A stretch of 64,000 bases of DNA, from positions 712,630-776,629 of the forward strand of contig CAYOFQ010000001.1 of the NCBI GenBank assembly GCA_964403585.1, given 5' to 3'. Below the pieces are notes generated by a model, which searched no databases, was not told where the DNA came from, and was given only the letters and a program-made list of their open reading frames with translations. Shown in pieces: positions 26,345-37,076 of this stretch. Each line of letters starts with the position of its first letter. The stretch's first letter is position 1. The translations under genes and the position numbers were made by a program. The DNA is from an uncultured Gammaproteobacteria bacterium (GTDB lineage Bacteria > Patescibacteriota > Microgenomatia > JALYQM01).

Positions 26345-28630
26345 TTGTATATGGAAAAATTACTTGTCTGGTTTCATGAAGTTGGTAAAAACGATGTTGG
26401 TTTAGTTGGCGGAAAAGGTGCTAACTTAGGCGAAATGACTCAGGCAGGGATACCGGTTCCTCCCGGATTTATTGTCACCGCTGAGAGCTGGTACCAGTTC
26501 ATTGACGAAACCGGCCTGCGCAAAGAGATTAAATCGCATTTGCAGGGGCTTGATGTCGGCGACTCAAAAAAACTCCAGAAAGTATCCGAAGAAATTAAGT
26601 GGTTAATTACTTCAACCAAAACACCAAAGTATCTTGAAGATAAAATTAAAGAGTATTATCGCCAGTTGTCCAACGGCACGAATATGTTAGTGGCAGTACG
26701 CTCATCAGCCACTGCCGAAGATCTTCCCGATGCCTCATTTGCCGGGCAACAGGCAACGTTTCTAAATATCCGCGGCGAAGAGGAAGTAGTACGAACCGTC
26801 AAGAAATGTTGGGCATCGTTGTTTGAAGCACGCGCAATTTTTTATCGTACCGAACAGAAATTCGACCACTTTAAAGTCGGCATTGCCGTACCGATACAAA
26901 AAATGGTCCAGTCCGATGTCTCCGGTATCATGTTCTCAATTAATCCGGTAACCAATGATAAAAATACCATTATTATCGAAGCAATTTACGGTCTTGGTGA
27001 ATACATTGTCGGTGGTAACGTTAATCCGGATCACTATGAAGTCGACAAGAAAACGCTCTCAATCAAAGATAAAATTATTGTTCCGCAGACACACAAATTA
27101 GTCAAAATGGGTGACGGTGGCAATGATGACCAGCCGGTGCCCGAAGAATGGCAGAACATTCAGAAGTTGTGGGATGAATCTATCCCGCCACTGGCCGAAC
27201 TCTCCCGCAAACTCGAGGAACACTATGGCAAGCCACAGGACAGCGAATGGGCTGTCGAAAAGGGACAGATCTTTATCGTCCAAACACGACCGATTACAAC
27301 CGTTAAAGCAGTCGAAAAAGTAAACGCAGCTTCGGTTAGTGCCGACACCCAGGCCGTTTTGAATACTCCGGCTATTGTTACCGGGGCGGCTGCTTCGCCC
27401 GGTGTCGCTGCCGGACCGGTCGTTGTTATTCATTCACCAAACGACATTGATCAGGTAAAGCAAGGTGATGTACTCGTAACTGAAATGACCACTCCGGATT
27501 TCGTGCCGGCTATGAAGCGCGCCGCGGCGATTGTTACTGATCTCGGCGGCAGAACCTGTCATGCGGCCATTGTTTCCCGTGAATTGGGAATCCCGTGCGT
27601 AGTTGGTACCAACAATGCAACACAGGTACTCAAATCCGGCCAGATGATCACCGTCAATGGTTCAGGTGGAACCGTCCATCAGGGCGGTGTTGCCCATATG
27701 AGCGACCAGAAAGCCAAATCCGAGCAGGAAGAGCACGAAGCCGAGCGACTAAACACACATACGAAAGTATATGTGAACTTAGCCGAACCGGAACTGGCTT
27801 CAGAAATAGCTGCAAAGCATGTTGATGGTGTTGGCTTATTGCGCGCTGAATTCATGATTGCCGGAATTGGTGTCCATCCGAAAAAACTTCTTAAGGAAGG
27901 CCGTGGTCAGGAATTTACCGACAAATTAGCTGAAGGCTTAAAACAGTTCTGTGAAGCGTTCGATCCACGACCAATTATCTACCGCGCCACCGATTTTAAA
28001 ACCAACGAGTACCGTTCATTAGAAGGCGGTGCCGAATTCGAACCGGAAGAACCAAATCCGATGCTCGGGTATCGAGGTTGCTTCCGCTATATCAACGATC
28101 CCGAGGTCTTCCGGCTTGAAGTGGAAGCGATCAAAAAAGTCCGCAACGAATACGGGTTTAAAAATCTTCACTTGATGATTCCGTTTGTCCGGACAGTTGA
28201 TGAATTAGTTAAAGTTAAGCACATCTTAAATGAGTTTGGACTTCGCCGCTCTTCAACCTTTAAACTGTTAATGATGGTCGAGATACCTTCAAACGTTTTA
28301 TTGCTCGATGAGTTCCTCGATGTTGGCGTCGATGGTGTTTCTATTGGTTCGAACGATCTGACCATGCTTATTCTGGGTACCGACCGTGATAACAACGAAG
28401 TCGCCGGCGAGTTTGATGAGCGAAACGAAGCAGTGATGTTAGCACTGGAACATATCGTCAAAACTTGCAAGAAACATCATGTCATTTGCGGTATTTGCGG
28501 CCAGGCGCCTTCCGTATATCCGGAGATTACTGAGAAATTGGTGGAATGGGGAATTACCTCAGTATCCGTATCTCCAGATATGATTGGGCATACCCGGAAA
28601 ATTGTCAGCCAGATCGAAAAACAAAAATAG
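26345..28630 (+). CDS. ppsA: phosphoenolpyruvate synthase (pyruvate, water dikinase)
   Basis: ATP-grasp N-terminus KNDVGLVGGKGANLGEM. Phosphohistidine domain GGRTCHAAIVSRELGIPCVVG. PEP-utilising C-terminal domain. Confidence 0.85.
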   Translation: MYMEKLLVWFHEVGKNDVGLVGGKGANLGEMTQAGIPVPPGFIVTAESWYQFIDETGLRKEIKSHLQGLDVGDSKKLQKVSEEIKWLITSTKTPKYLEDKIKEYYRQLSNGTNMLVAVRSSATAEDLPDASFAGQQATFLNIRGEEEVVRTVKKCWASLFEARAIFYRTEQKFDHFKVGIAVPIQKMVQSDVSGIMFSINPVTNDKNTIIIEAIYGLGEYIVGGNVNPDHYEVDKKTLSIKDKIIVPQTHKLVKMGDGGNDDQPVPEEWQNIQKLWDESIPPLAELSRKLEEHYGKPQDSEWAVEKGQIFIVQTRPITTVKAVEKVNAASVSADTQAVLNTPAIVTGAAASPGVAAGPVVVIHSPNDIDQVKQGDVLVTEMTTPDFVPAMKRAAAIVTDLGGRTCHAAIVSRELGIPCVVGTNNATQVLKSGQMITVNGSGGTVHQGGVAHMSDQKAKSEQEEHEAERLNTHTKVYVNLAEPELASEIAAKHVDGVGLLRAEFMIAGIGVHPKKLLKEGRGQEFTDKLAEGLKQFCEAFDPRPIIYRATDFKTNEYRSLEGGAEFEPEEPNPMLGYRGCFRYINDPEVFRLEVEAIKKVRNEYGFKNLHLMIPFVRTVDELVKVKHILNEFGLRRSSTFKLLMMVEIPSNVLLLDEFLDVGVDGVSIGSNDLTMLILGTDRDNNEVAGEFDERNEAVMLALEHIVKTCKKHHVICGICGQAPSVYPEITEKLVEWGITSVSVSPDMIGHTRKIVSQIEKQK

Positions 28631-28643
28631 AGAAAATACCTGA

Positions 28644-29717
28644 TTAGAGCGAAGCTAAGACTGCCTGGTCGGGCTGAGGAAGTGCGGTATCCGGTACTGT
28701 ACGCGCCAGATCATTAATTTTTGTCCGAACAGCTACCTTTTCGTCTGCGGTCCCGAAAGACAACTGAAAAACTTCTTCGGTCGATAGTTGGGTAACGCCT
28801 TTATACCATATCTTTGTATCGCGAATGCTTGCATCATAGTTCGAGAATACGCCTCGAAGTTCAGCTTGTACTCCCGGTGGAAACCGGTGCACATTTTTTT
28901 CGAAGCGAACCTGCTGCCCAAGGGCGAAACCGTACTGAAACTTAAATGCGTTCACCAGCGTATTTTTATGCTGGGCAAAATCCGTGTCCCGGGTCGCCAA
29001 GGAATCGTAGGTACGGTATCGGGTAAGTAATCGCCTGGTAATAAAGAAATTATCTTCGATTGCCAATTGCACGGCTGTTTCCAGCAAACTTTCAGTGCTC
29101 CCGATACCGGGATCTGCCAGGTCGGCCATGGCGGTAAGATATGTCGAATATGCCGAATCAGACTTAAGGTTAGGTTGGCGTACGGTAAACAATTTGCGTG
29201 AAGCATCCTGCTCCACCGGGTTAAGCATGGTAAATTCGGGTATTGTTGCCAGTACTGCTTCTTTTGCCAAAGCTATATGTCGCTCGGTGTAATAAACAAT
29301 GCCTTCAGGGCTATTGTTTGCCTCAGTCATCCAGTTAATAATAAGCTGAGCAGATTCTACCTCGTTATATCCTCGTCGATTGGCACCCCGAGCATCTTTT
29401 TCGACAACACTATCGTGTCCGGCGATAAATAAGCGGGAAAGAATGAGTTCATCTTCGGGGATCTGATTACCATCCGGAGCCCGTTTTATCGCCTCAATCA
29501 TTCGTCCGTTAACCATGAGTAACGCTACGGTATGATCAAGTTTATGATACTCTCGCCGGTATTCGGGTAGCGTATAGGGGTCTTTAACCGGTTGAGACTC
29601 ACCAAAATCTTTGCGGAGCTTATTTAAAAAGAAAGCAACGCCTTCCTCGGTTTTTGTTCGTAACTCTTCTTCACTTGCTTCTCTTCTCAGTGGGGTTTCG
29701 TGTTGCTCATCGCTCAT
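28644..29717 (-). CDS. hypothetical protein (357 aa), possibly HD-domain-like
   Basis: The H...HD spacing (LDHTV...FIAGHDSV) is weak evidence only. Confidence 0.4.
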   Translation of the reverse strand: MSDEQHETPLRREASEEELRTKTEEGVAFFLNKLRKDFGESQPVKDPYTLPEYRREYHKLDHTVALLMVNGRMIEAIKRAPDGNQIPEDELILSRLFIAGHDSVVEKDARGANRRGYNEVESAQLIINWMTEANNSPEGIVYYTERHIALAKEAVLATIPEFTMLNPVEQDASRKLFTVRQPNLKSDSAYSTYLTAMADLADPGIGSTESLLETAVQLAIEDNFFITRRLLTRYRTYDSLATRDTDFAQHKNTLVNAFKFQYGFALGQQVRFEKNVHRFPPGVQAELRGVFSNYDASIRDTKIWYKGVTQLSTEEVFQLSFGTADEKVAVRTKINDLARTVPDTALPQPDQAVLASL

Positions 29718-29759
29718 AAAGCAAAATAAAGTATACTATACTGATCTAATATATACACC

Positions 29760-30305
29760 ATGAAACAATTTCTCGGTCTCATTTTATTTTTGGTATGGAG
29801 CATCATCGCGCCAGCTACTAATTCATACGCTCATACGGTGCACACCAGCGGCTCTATTAGCGCTATATTACACATTGCCGCTGACGATGATCCGATTGTA
29901 GGGGAACCAACCCGCCTGATTTATACAATTAAGGATGCAAATAGAAAATTCTCAGCTGAAAAATGCGAGTGCAAAGTTGAAATCAGCACCAACGGCACGG
30001 TTATTGAAAATAAGTTGTTATCCCGCGACAATAATTCCGAACAATCACTAGATTTCACTTTTAAACAAAAAGGAATCTATACAATTACGCTAAGCGGGAG
30101 TGCCCGGGATAATTCATTTGAACAATTCCAAATCAAAAATGAAATCCGGGTCTCGCGCGAAAATGCCAATTCCTCAATTATGAACCTTATCATTGCCTAT
30201 CTACCGATATCTGCGCCAATCGCCGCCGCGGTAGCTTATACCGTAGTATTATTATTGGGTGGAAAAAAGGAATCCAAATTAAACACAGAAGGAGTTACAC
30301 CGTGA
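29760..30305 (+). CDS. secreted/membrane-anchored hypothetical protein. Mature N-terminus is predicted to start with His.
   Basis: Signal peptide ...SYA|HTVHT. C-terminal TM helix. Confidence 0.45.
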   Translation: MKQFLGLILFLVWSIIAPATNSYAHTVHTSGSISAILHIAADDDPIVGEPTRLIYTIKDANRKFSAEKCECKVEISTNGTVIENKLLSRDNNSEQSLDFTFKQKGIYTITLSGSARDNSFEQFQIKNEIRVSRENANSSIMNLIIAYLPISAPIAAAVAYTVVLLLGGKKESKLNTEGVTP

Positions 30306-30928
30306 ACCATAAAATAACCAGAAGTATTATTGCTGCAATTATCCTGATCGCAGGCTCGGTATCACCGTCATATGCACACGTTACCGTTCGGCCAAACGAA
30401 GTTGGAGTTGGTCAATTTATTACCTTTACCATGGGAGTTCCGCCCGAAAAAAAGGTTCCCACAACTGAAATACGTCTGGTAATTCCCGACGGGCTTGAGT
30501 CGATTCGGCCGTTAGTTAAACCGGGGTGGAAAATAGAAATGAAAAAAGAGAGCGACAAAGAAGACGCCCGGATAACCGAAATCCTTTGGACCGGTGGTGC
30601 GATTCCTTCCGATCAGAAAGACGAATTCTCGTTCAGTGCTAAAGCTCCGGCCAAAGCAACAACCCTGCAATGGAAGGCCTACCAGACCTATTCCGACGGT
30701 ACCATCGTTGCCTGGGATCAGCCTCCGGCGGAGTCGGAGACAGAAGCAAAAGATGAAAACAAAGGCCCGTATTCGCAGACTAAAATTATTGACGATCTGG
30801 TAACTGCTGATACTGCTAAGCCGCAAACAGCCGGGCAATCAGCCGACAAATCATTCACTCAATACATGTCTCTTGCCGCCCTGGCACTGTCGATCATCTC
30901 GTTGGCACTGGCTATCCGCAAGAAATAA
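30302..30928 (+). CDS. YcnI-like (DUF1775) copper-binding cell-surface protein
   Basis: Signal peptide ...SYA|HVTVRP with the mature N-terminal His typical of YcnI. C-terminal TM anchor. Confidence 0.55.
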   Translation: MNHKITRSIIAAIILIAGSVSPSYAHVTVRPNEVGVGQFITFTMGVPPEKKVPTTEIRLVIPDGLESIRPLVKPGWKIEMKKESDKEDARITEILWTGGAIPSDQKDEFSFSAKAPAKATTLQWKAYQTYSDGTIVAWDQPPAESETEAKDENKGPYSQTKIIDDLVTADTAKPQTAGQSADKSFTQYMSLAALALSIISLALAIRKK

Positions 30929-33469
30929 CTACTTCTTATGAAACGAGAAATAATAGTGTTTAACAACTTCAGTAATCGAGATATACGTAACTAATACAAT
31001 CGCGATTAAAGTGAGATGTGTCCAGCTTGGTGCAACAAACTGGAAGATATTCCTGCCCACAAAGGTAAACGGCAACACAACCGTTACTATCGCCGCAACT
31101 CCGGTTAAAAGTAATACCAGGAAAGACGGTGGTTTAGCCCGCAGAAAAAATAGCCGCGTGCGGACCGAGAAAAGGAACAGCAGTTCGGTCAGAACGCTCG
31201 CCACAAACCAGTTCGTGCGTAAAACACCCGGTTCCTGATGGCGGAACATACTGAATACAATAAAATCAAACACCGTACTGGTAATACCGAGAACGGTAGC
31301 AATCAGCGCAATATCCCGGACATCATAACTTTTAGGCCGTTGCACATCCTCCTCATCAACATTGTCGGCCGCGATCGAAATCATCGGGAAGTCGGATAAT
31401 AAATTACAGAGCAACAATTGAACCGGCAACATTGGCAGATAATCCAAAATCAGCGAGGCAACCGCCACGGCATAGAAATTACCGAAGTTGGAAGCTAACG
31501 TCGCGCGAACATATTTAAGTGTATTGGCAAATACCGCGCGCCCTTCCTGAATACCATCCACAATAACGGTCAGTGAATGCTTTAGTAACACAATGTCCGC
31601 TGCTTCACGGGCAACGTCGGAAGCACTGTCAACCACGAGCCCGACATTCGCAATTTTCAACGCCGGCGCATCGTTAATACCTTCACCTAAAAATCCAACT
31701 TCATGAGTATGTTGTAAAATTTGAATAATCGTATATTTTTGTTCCGGTGTCACACGGGCAAAAACAGCGCAGTTCTGCACCTGTGTCATCTGCTCTTCAT
31801 GCGACATCCTCTCGACCTGTTCTCCGGTCAGCACATCGGTATTAGAAGAGGTGAGCCCGATCTGGTAGGCAACCGCGCCGGCAACTTCCGGACTATCACC
31901 AGTGAGAATTTTAACCTGCACACCCAGGGAGTTCGCTTTCTTAATTGCTTCAACTGCGGTCGGCTTAATCGGATCTACAAACGAAAGCAACCCTACTAAC
32001 TGCAGGTCGGTCTCGGCCTGCAACAGGTCATCGGGAGCGGTTGTCCCACAATCTTTGTATGCCACGGCAATAGCACGCTTTCCCTGACTTCCCATCGCTG
32101 CAATCCACTGCTTCAGTTCTTCCACCGTTTGACTCGCCAGACCGGAAGATATATGCACAATATCCTCAGCCGCTCCACGAACAATCAGAGAATACGTTCT
32201 GTCTTTCTCGACCAGCATGCTGTTCCTCCGGCGGTGCGGATCAAAGGGAATTTCGTCAACTCGTTTGTACTCTCGAAGCGTACTGCGTTCATCTTCGGAA
32301 ATAGCCTGATGAATTGCCAGATCAAAAGCGTTATTCGGCAATCCTTTTGTCTCATCCAAAAACGGCGCGGCCAGGCTGGCAAAATGCAAAACATTCTGGT
32401 CTCCTAAAGATTTTATTTCGGCAACCTGCAGCTTATTCTGCGTCAACGTCCCCGTTTTATCGGTACACAAAATCTCAATACTCCCCAGATCTTCAATCGC
32501 CGAGAGCCGCTTAACCACAACTTTATTCTTAGCCAAAGATACCGCCCCGCGCGACAGGGAAAAGGTCATGACTACCGGAAGCGCTTCGGGAATAACACTT
32601 ACCGCGAGTGCGATTGAGAAAATAATCAGCTCGGTCAATCGCGATCCGCTCCCATCCGGACTATTAACTCCCTTTATAAACAAGTTTGCAAAGAAGACAA
32701 AAACCAGCGTCACAATAACCAGATTGAGAATAAACTTACTTAATTTATTAATACTTTTATCAAACGAACTCCGGTGTTTGGTTTGGGTAGCCAGATGGGT
32801 AATATCCCCCAAATTGGTCTGTGAACCCGTTAAGAGCACCACACCGGTAGCTTTTCCACTTACAACGGTCGTCCCGGAGAACATAATATTCGAAGCTTTA
32901 TAAATATCCTCTGTTGGCTGGCTCAACGTCTCGCTGGTTTTCTGTACCGGTACCGATTCACCGGTCAGAATTGACTCGTCAACAGTGAGATCTTTGTGCG
33001 CAACAACACGTACATCGGCCGGGATAATATCTCCGGTTTCCAGAATAATCACATCACCCGGTACCAGTTCCGAACTGTCAATCACCGTTTCTTTACTTTC
33101 ACGGATTACCCGCGCCCGGCGTACAATAAATTTTTTCAACAACGCCAACGACTGAGCAGAATGATATTCCTGGTAAAATCCGAGAACCGTATTAATAGTA
33201 ATAAACAGCACAATCAAATAAGCATCGGTGCGTTCACCAAGAATAAATGCTAAAAACGCCGAAAGAAATAACAGATAAATAAACGGTGACGCAATTTGTC
33301 GCAACAATAATTCCTTAACACTGGTATCTTTACCTTTTATCTCATTCTTGCCATATTTTTGCTGCCGCTCTTTGACAGTTTTTTCGTTTAACCCGGCCTC
33401 TTTAGAGGTAGTAAAGTCGCTGAATAATTCGGTAAGGGGTTTGGAAGTAAACGGTGAGAATGATGCCAT
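30929..33469 (-). CDS. cation-transporting P-type ATPase, type II (Mg2+/Ca2+-like)
   Basis: TGES, DKTGTLT, PEALP (TM4), TGDSPEVA and GDGINDAPAL motifs. Length is 846 aa. Confidence 0.85.
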   Translation of the reverse strand: MASFSPFTSKPLTELFSDFTTSKEAGLNEKTVKERQQKYGKNEIKGKDTSVKELLLRQIASPFIYLLFLSAFLAFILGERTDAYLIVLFITINTVLGFYQEYHSAQSLALLKKFIVRRARVIRESKETVIDSSELVPGDVIILETGDIIPADVRVVAHKDLTVDESILTGESVPVQKTSETLSQPTEDIYKASNIMFSGTTVVSGKATGVVLLTGSQTNLGDITHLATQTKHRSSFDKSINKLSKFILNLVIVTLVFVFFANLFIKGVNSPDGSGSRLTELIIFSIALAVSVIPEALPVVMTFSLSRGAVSLAKNKVVVKRLSAIEDLGSIEILCTDKTGTLTQNKLQVAEIKSLGDQNVLHFASLAAPFLDETKGLPNNAFDLAIHQAISEDERSTLREYKRVDEIPFDPHRRRNSMLVEKDRTYSLIVRGAAEDIVHISSGLASQTVEELKQWIAAMGSQGKRAIAVAYKDCGTTAPDDLLQAETDLQLVGLLSFVDPIKPTAVEAIKKANSLGVQVKILTGDSPEVAGAVAYQIGLTSSNTDVLTGEQVERMSHEEQMTQVQNCAVFARVTPEQKYTIIQILQHTHEVGFLGEGINDAPALKIANVGLVVDSASDVAREAADIVLLKHSLTVIVDGIQEGRAVFANTLKYVRATLASNFGNFYAVAVASLILDYLPMLPVQLLLCNLLSDFPMISIAADNVDEEDVQRPKSYDVRDIALIATVLGITSTVFDFIVFSMFRHQEPGVLRTNWFVASVLTELLFLFSVRTRLFFLRAKPPSFLVLLLTGVAAIVTVVLPFTFVGRNIFQFVAPSWTHLTLIAIVLVTYISITEVVKHYYFSFHKK

Positions 33470-33510
33470 ATACCAGTAGTATACCGCGGAGTTACATCTA
33501 CAGCGAGAGT

Positions 33511-34524
33511 TTAGTGAATGATAACCGAATTAGAATTACTTGAATTAGTAATAGTCGTTGTCGCCGAACCGGTTGCCGTATTCACATCCCCGCCGGAATT
33601 ATTGCCCGTATTCACAGTATTATTCACCGTTGTTGTCTGTGTTGAAGTATTGCTTTGATTAACCGTAGTTGAGCTGTTGTTGTTTATGATTATGACGTTA
33701 GTAGAACCACTACCGTTTCCGGTATTACCGATTCCTGACGGGCTAGGGTGGAAAGTCGACGATGCTGTTGGGGAGGGAGTGGTGGTAGGATCGGAGGTTG
33801 AAGATGGAGATGGTGAGGCTGTTGCCGAGGAAGTCGGACTTGCTGAGGCAGAAGCTGATGGGCTGGGAGTAAATGTTGCAGTTGAAATTTGAAGATTAAA
33901 AAGCGGCTTGGTTAAATGAAAGTAAGCTAATACTGAATCCGGTGAAATGGATAACCACAATAAAACTCCAACTACCACTCCGATAATTGGTTTATTTTTG
34001 GAAAAATTAAAATTAAGTTTAAAATCAAGTTTTTTCATCTCTCGGATAATTATCCAGCTTTCATGAATAATTATAAGTATCGAAGGCACAAGAATAAAGA
34101 AGAGCAGACCTAAAGGATTTTTAGTTGATTCCTGAAGAAATCCAACATAGGGAAGCGTTAGTACAACTTTCCCGACAATATCGTTTTTGCTTACAGTCTT
34201 TGGATCTATTTCTTTGTTCGCGTCTCCTTTAGTTAGGTAGTAATTATGAGCAAAAATTACTCGGTGGGTTACTAAATTGGATCCGAGACGATAGGTCACG
34301 ATGTCATTTATATAATAATCAGCTTGCGAGAGCACAACCACGGCACTGCCAACACCAATAGCGGGCGTCATTGAACCGGAAACAACGGAGAGTAATTTAA
34401 TTTGAGAAGTGTGAGAGAACTTGGAATACAGCGCCACGACTCCAATCGTAGCAACCACTACTAAAAACACGACACTCATCACTTCATAAGAAGTAAATAG
34501 TAATTTTCTCCAGTTTAGTTTCAT
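33511..34524 (-). CDS. sipW: SipW-type (S26B) signal peptidase I with long C-terminal TM plus Ser/Pro/Thr/Asn-rich extension
   Basis: The SGSMTP catalytic-serine box and the H of VTHRV are characteristic of SipW/archaeal-type SPases. The 337-aa length reflects a low-complexity tail of about 150 aa. Confidence 0.65.
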   Translation of the reverse strand: MKLNWRKLLFTSYEVMSVVFLVVVATIGVVALYSKFSHTSQIKLLSVVSGSMTPAIGVGSAVVVLSQADYYINDIVTYRLGSNLVTHRVIFAHNYYLTKGDANKEIDPKTVSKNDIVGKVVLTLPYVGFLQESTKNPLGLLFFILVPSILIIIHESWIIIREMKKLDFKLNFNFSKNKPIIGVVVGVLLWLSISPDSVLAYFHLTKPLFNLQISTATFTPSPSASASASPTSSATASPSPSSTSDPTTTPSPTASSTFHPSPSGIGNTGNGSGSTNVIIINNNSSTTVNQSNTSTQTTTVNNTVNTGNNSGGDVNTATGSATTTITNSSNSNSVIIH

Positions 34525-34579
34525 ATTTTCCTTTATTCATTGCGCAGTGGCCACTACGCAATGTAAAAGGACTAAACCT

Positions 34580-35269
34580 TTATGTTGAGGATACCGGATT
34601 CCAGTTAGTTGCCGGTGAAGGCGAGACTGCCGGATCGGAACCTTCCTTCTGCATACCGAACAACTCAATCGGTGTTGTGTATGTCTTTCCTGCTAAGCCT
34701 GAATCAGCTGTTGCTGGCAGGGTTACTGTTACAGCAAATACGGAATAATACCCTGGATCCATGGCTGGCTCTTGTTCGAGAATTAAGAACGGTGTTGTAT
34801 TAGCACTGTCAAAATCACCGCCTCGAAGTGCTACATCCTGCCATTCTGCTTTAGCTGTATCGGCTGGACCATAAACTAGAGGTTCAGCAAACCCAGCTGG
34901 TCGGCTAAGTCCTGCACAATTTCCGGCCGAAGGGTTCAAAATAGCATCAAGTTGTAAAGCGTTCCCAAGAGCACCATCACCTGAATCAGGATTCGAGCGA
35001 TAGATCTTGTAGCGTCCTGGCACATCACTGTTATTTCGTATCCACAAACAACGTGTCGCTGATTGTCCCGGGCGAAGTCCATTCTGCACAAAAGCAGCTA
35101 CAGATGCTCCTGCAGTGTCAGTCATCACAAATTGGAAATCAAGATCTCCAGCAGTAGATAACGTGTTATCAGCAATTGTTTTTGTATCGGTAAAAAATGC
35201 CAGTGTCGCGGTGGTAGCAAGCGCCATCACAACGCCAATGGTAAACAAACTAAGAAGTATACGTGTCAT
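34580..35269 (-). CDS. TasA/camelysin family secreted protein (SipW-cognate signal peptide)
   Basis: N-terminus ...ALATTATLAFFTDT... matches the AFF(T/S)D SipW-dependent signal and TasA fold family. Confidence 0.6.
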   Translation of the reverse strand: MTRILLSLFTIGVVMALATTATLAFFTDTKTIADNTLSTAGDLDFQFVMTDTAGASVAAFVQNGLRPGQSATRCLWIRNNSDVPGRYKIYRSNPDSGDGALGNALQLDAILNPSAGNCAGLSRPAGFAEPLVYGPADTAKAEWQDVALRGGDFDSANTTPFLILEQEPAMDPGYYSVFAVTVTLPATADSGLAGKTYTTPIELFGMQKEGSDPAVSPSPATNWNPVSST

Positions 35270-35414
35270 TTATTATTTCACCTCCTTCCAAAAAAGAATT
35301 CACAGTAGGATAGATAAACGCGGTAAGGTGAAAGTTATTCTAGGAGTATGAGAGTTGTTGATAACTCTATAAATAGCGTAGTGCTATTAAAGCTACAATG
35401 TCAATAGAGGAGAA

Positions 35415-35627
35415 TTATAACGAGCCAAGTTGATGGTGTTCGATTGGTTGATACAGACCAACGGCATCCTTGCCATGATCGGCACTCGCAGGTTGACCAA
35501 CTTTCCATCCCATACGAACCATTCGCACCAGATCTTCATTTTTCAGTGTATCATCGCAGAACCAGCGGAAGTTCCGTTGGACTGCAGTTTCACGAGTCAA
35601 CGTAGTATCGACAGAAATTGTACTCAT
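35415..35627 (-). CDS. small hypothetical ORF (70 aa)
   Basis: ORF upstream of the tasA-like gene. No clear RBS. Confidence 0.2.
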   Translation of the reverse strand: MSTISVDTTLTRETAVQRNFRWFCDDTLKNEDLVRMVRMGWKVGQPASADHGKDAVGLYQPIEHHQLGSL

Positions 35628-35668
35628 AGCTTTGGCAGTGTGCCTAAGAATTATGATATCATAAAGGT

Positions 35669-36664
35669 ATGATTGATTCAGAATTTCACTTTATTGATGG
35701 TGATGAAAAACCGGATATCGACGAGATGGAAGGATATTTTCAGGCAAGGTTAAAAGGTACAGCCTGGGAAGGTATTACCATAAACCGGGATAAAAAAGAT
35801 GGTAACTATGTCATCACATCACTTGGAAAAACCGAACATACTTTTGCAGGAGAAGTGCCTGCTACAATGCTTATCTCGCGGGAAGGGCGAAAACTCATCC
35901 ATGACAATCGCGGGTTGCTTCAGGACATTGTATTCGGTCCTGAAGATGCAGAACTGATTGGCGAAGGTATGGAGGGTAAAGTGTATGCTATTATGCTCGA
36001 CGTCGGAGCTACTCAAAAGGAATATGCACTAAAATATATCTTTCCTGTAATGCCGGATGCTGTCGATTCTGCGTACATTTTTATGCCCGGTATTCAGACA
36101 ATGCGGCTGATGCAGCAGGCAGAAAAAGAAAAACCTGTTCACGGACTCAAATACGCAGTCCCGGTATTGGCGACAATAGATATGACATTGAGCCCCTATA
36201 TTGAGAATAATACTAATTTATCAGACATTTTGGATTATTACGCGCAGGTTATAAAATACAATCGTTCAAGCCACGGTACATTGCATGATCAGCCAAGAGA
36301 TACAACGCATGACATGATCGATGAAATTGCTCACTATGACAGGCAACACTCTTCTGATGACAGTAAATTTATGACCCAGGTTAATATTTGCCTGGAAAGA
36401 GCGGAGACTCAATTAAGTACCTGGATGCAAGAGAAAAAGCGACAAGATCCTGTGCTCCAGGCTGCCCGAATAGACCCGATAAGAGAAACCGGTATCCCAC
36501 AGAGCACGCTGATCACCTTGAAGCCCCTCTATGACTTATTTACGAAATTCAAAACTGACCCGTCGTTCAACGCCGGAAACCCAGAATTTATGGACGAGCT
36601 TATGCAGATGTGCACCGTAGTAGAAATGACCACCGGTATTGTTGAGAACAGAGGGTCACAGTAA
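35669..36664 (+). CDS. hypothetical protein (331 aa)
   Basis: ORF only. Confidence 0.45.
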   Translation: MIDSEFHFIDGDEKPDIDEMEGYFQARLKGTAWEGITINRDKKDGNYVITSLGKTEHTFAGEVPATMLISREGRKLIHDNRGLLQDIVFGPEDAELIGEGMEGKVYAIMLDVGATQKEYALKYIFPVMPDAVDSAYIFMPGIQTMRLMQQAEKEKPVHGLKYAVPVLATIDMTLSPYIENNTNLSDILDYYAQVIKYNRSSHGTLHDQPRDTTHDMIDEIAHYDRQHSSDDSKFMTQVNICLERAETQLSTWMQEKKRQDPVLQAARIDPIRETGIPQSTLITLKPLYDLFTKFKTDPSFNAGNPEFMDELMQMCTVVEMTTGIVENRGSQ

Positions 36665-36686
36665 AAACATACCTGCCCTGCCGAAA

Positions 36687-36920
36687 TTATTTGTTTCCTG
36701 CAATTTTAAGTTTACTGATCGCAAAGTAAGACACAATAAAAAGAGAGACAAGCATAAGGATATTAACGAAGTATTGTAATACCATGTACGGCCCGGGGTC
36801 GAAGTCAACAGTTGCATAATCCGGTGGCCCAACGTCAGGAAATAACGGCGTGAGAGATAGTAAATAATAAAGAAAACTGGCAGACACACCAGAAATAAGC
36901 AGTTTAAGTACTTTCACCAT
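36687..36920 (-). CDS. small membrane protein (77 aa)
   Basis: Two predicted TM helices. Confidence 0.3.
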   Translation of the reverse strand: MVKVLKLLISGVSASFLYYLLSLTPLFPDVGPPDYATVDFDPGPYMVLQYFVNILMLVSLFIVSYFAISKLKIAGNK

Positions 36921-37076
36921 AATAAAACTATAACAAAAAAGGGAAGTAAATTACAGAAAACAGCAAAAGACAGAACAAAAACTACAACAATAGAGAACCT
37001 CCGGGACGTGGTGCGCGAAACGCGCATGTGCTCGCGCACCACATCTTTACAAGGTTGGCCGGAGTCCGGTAAGGTG

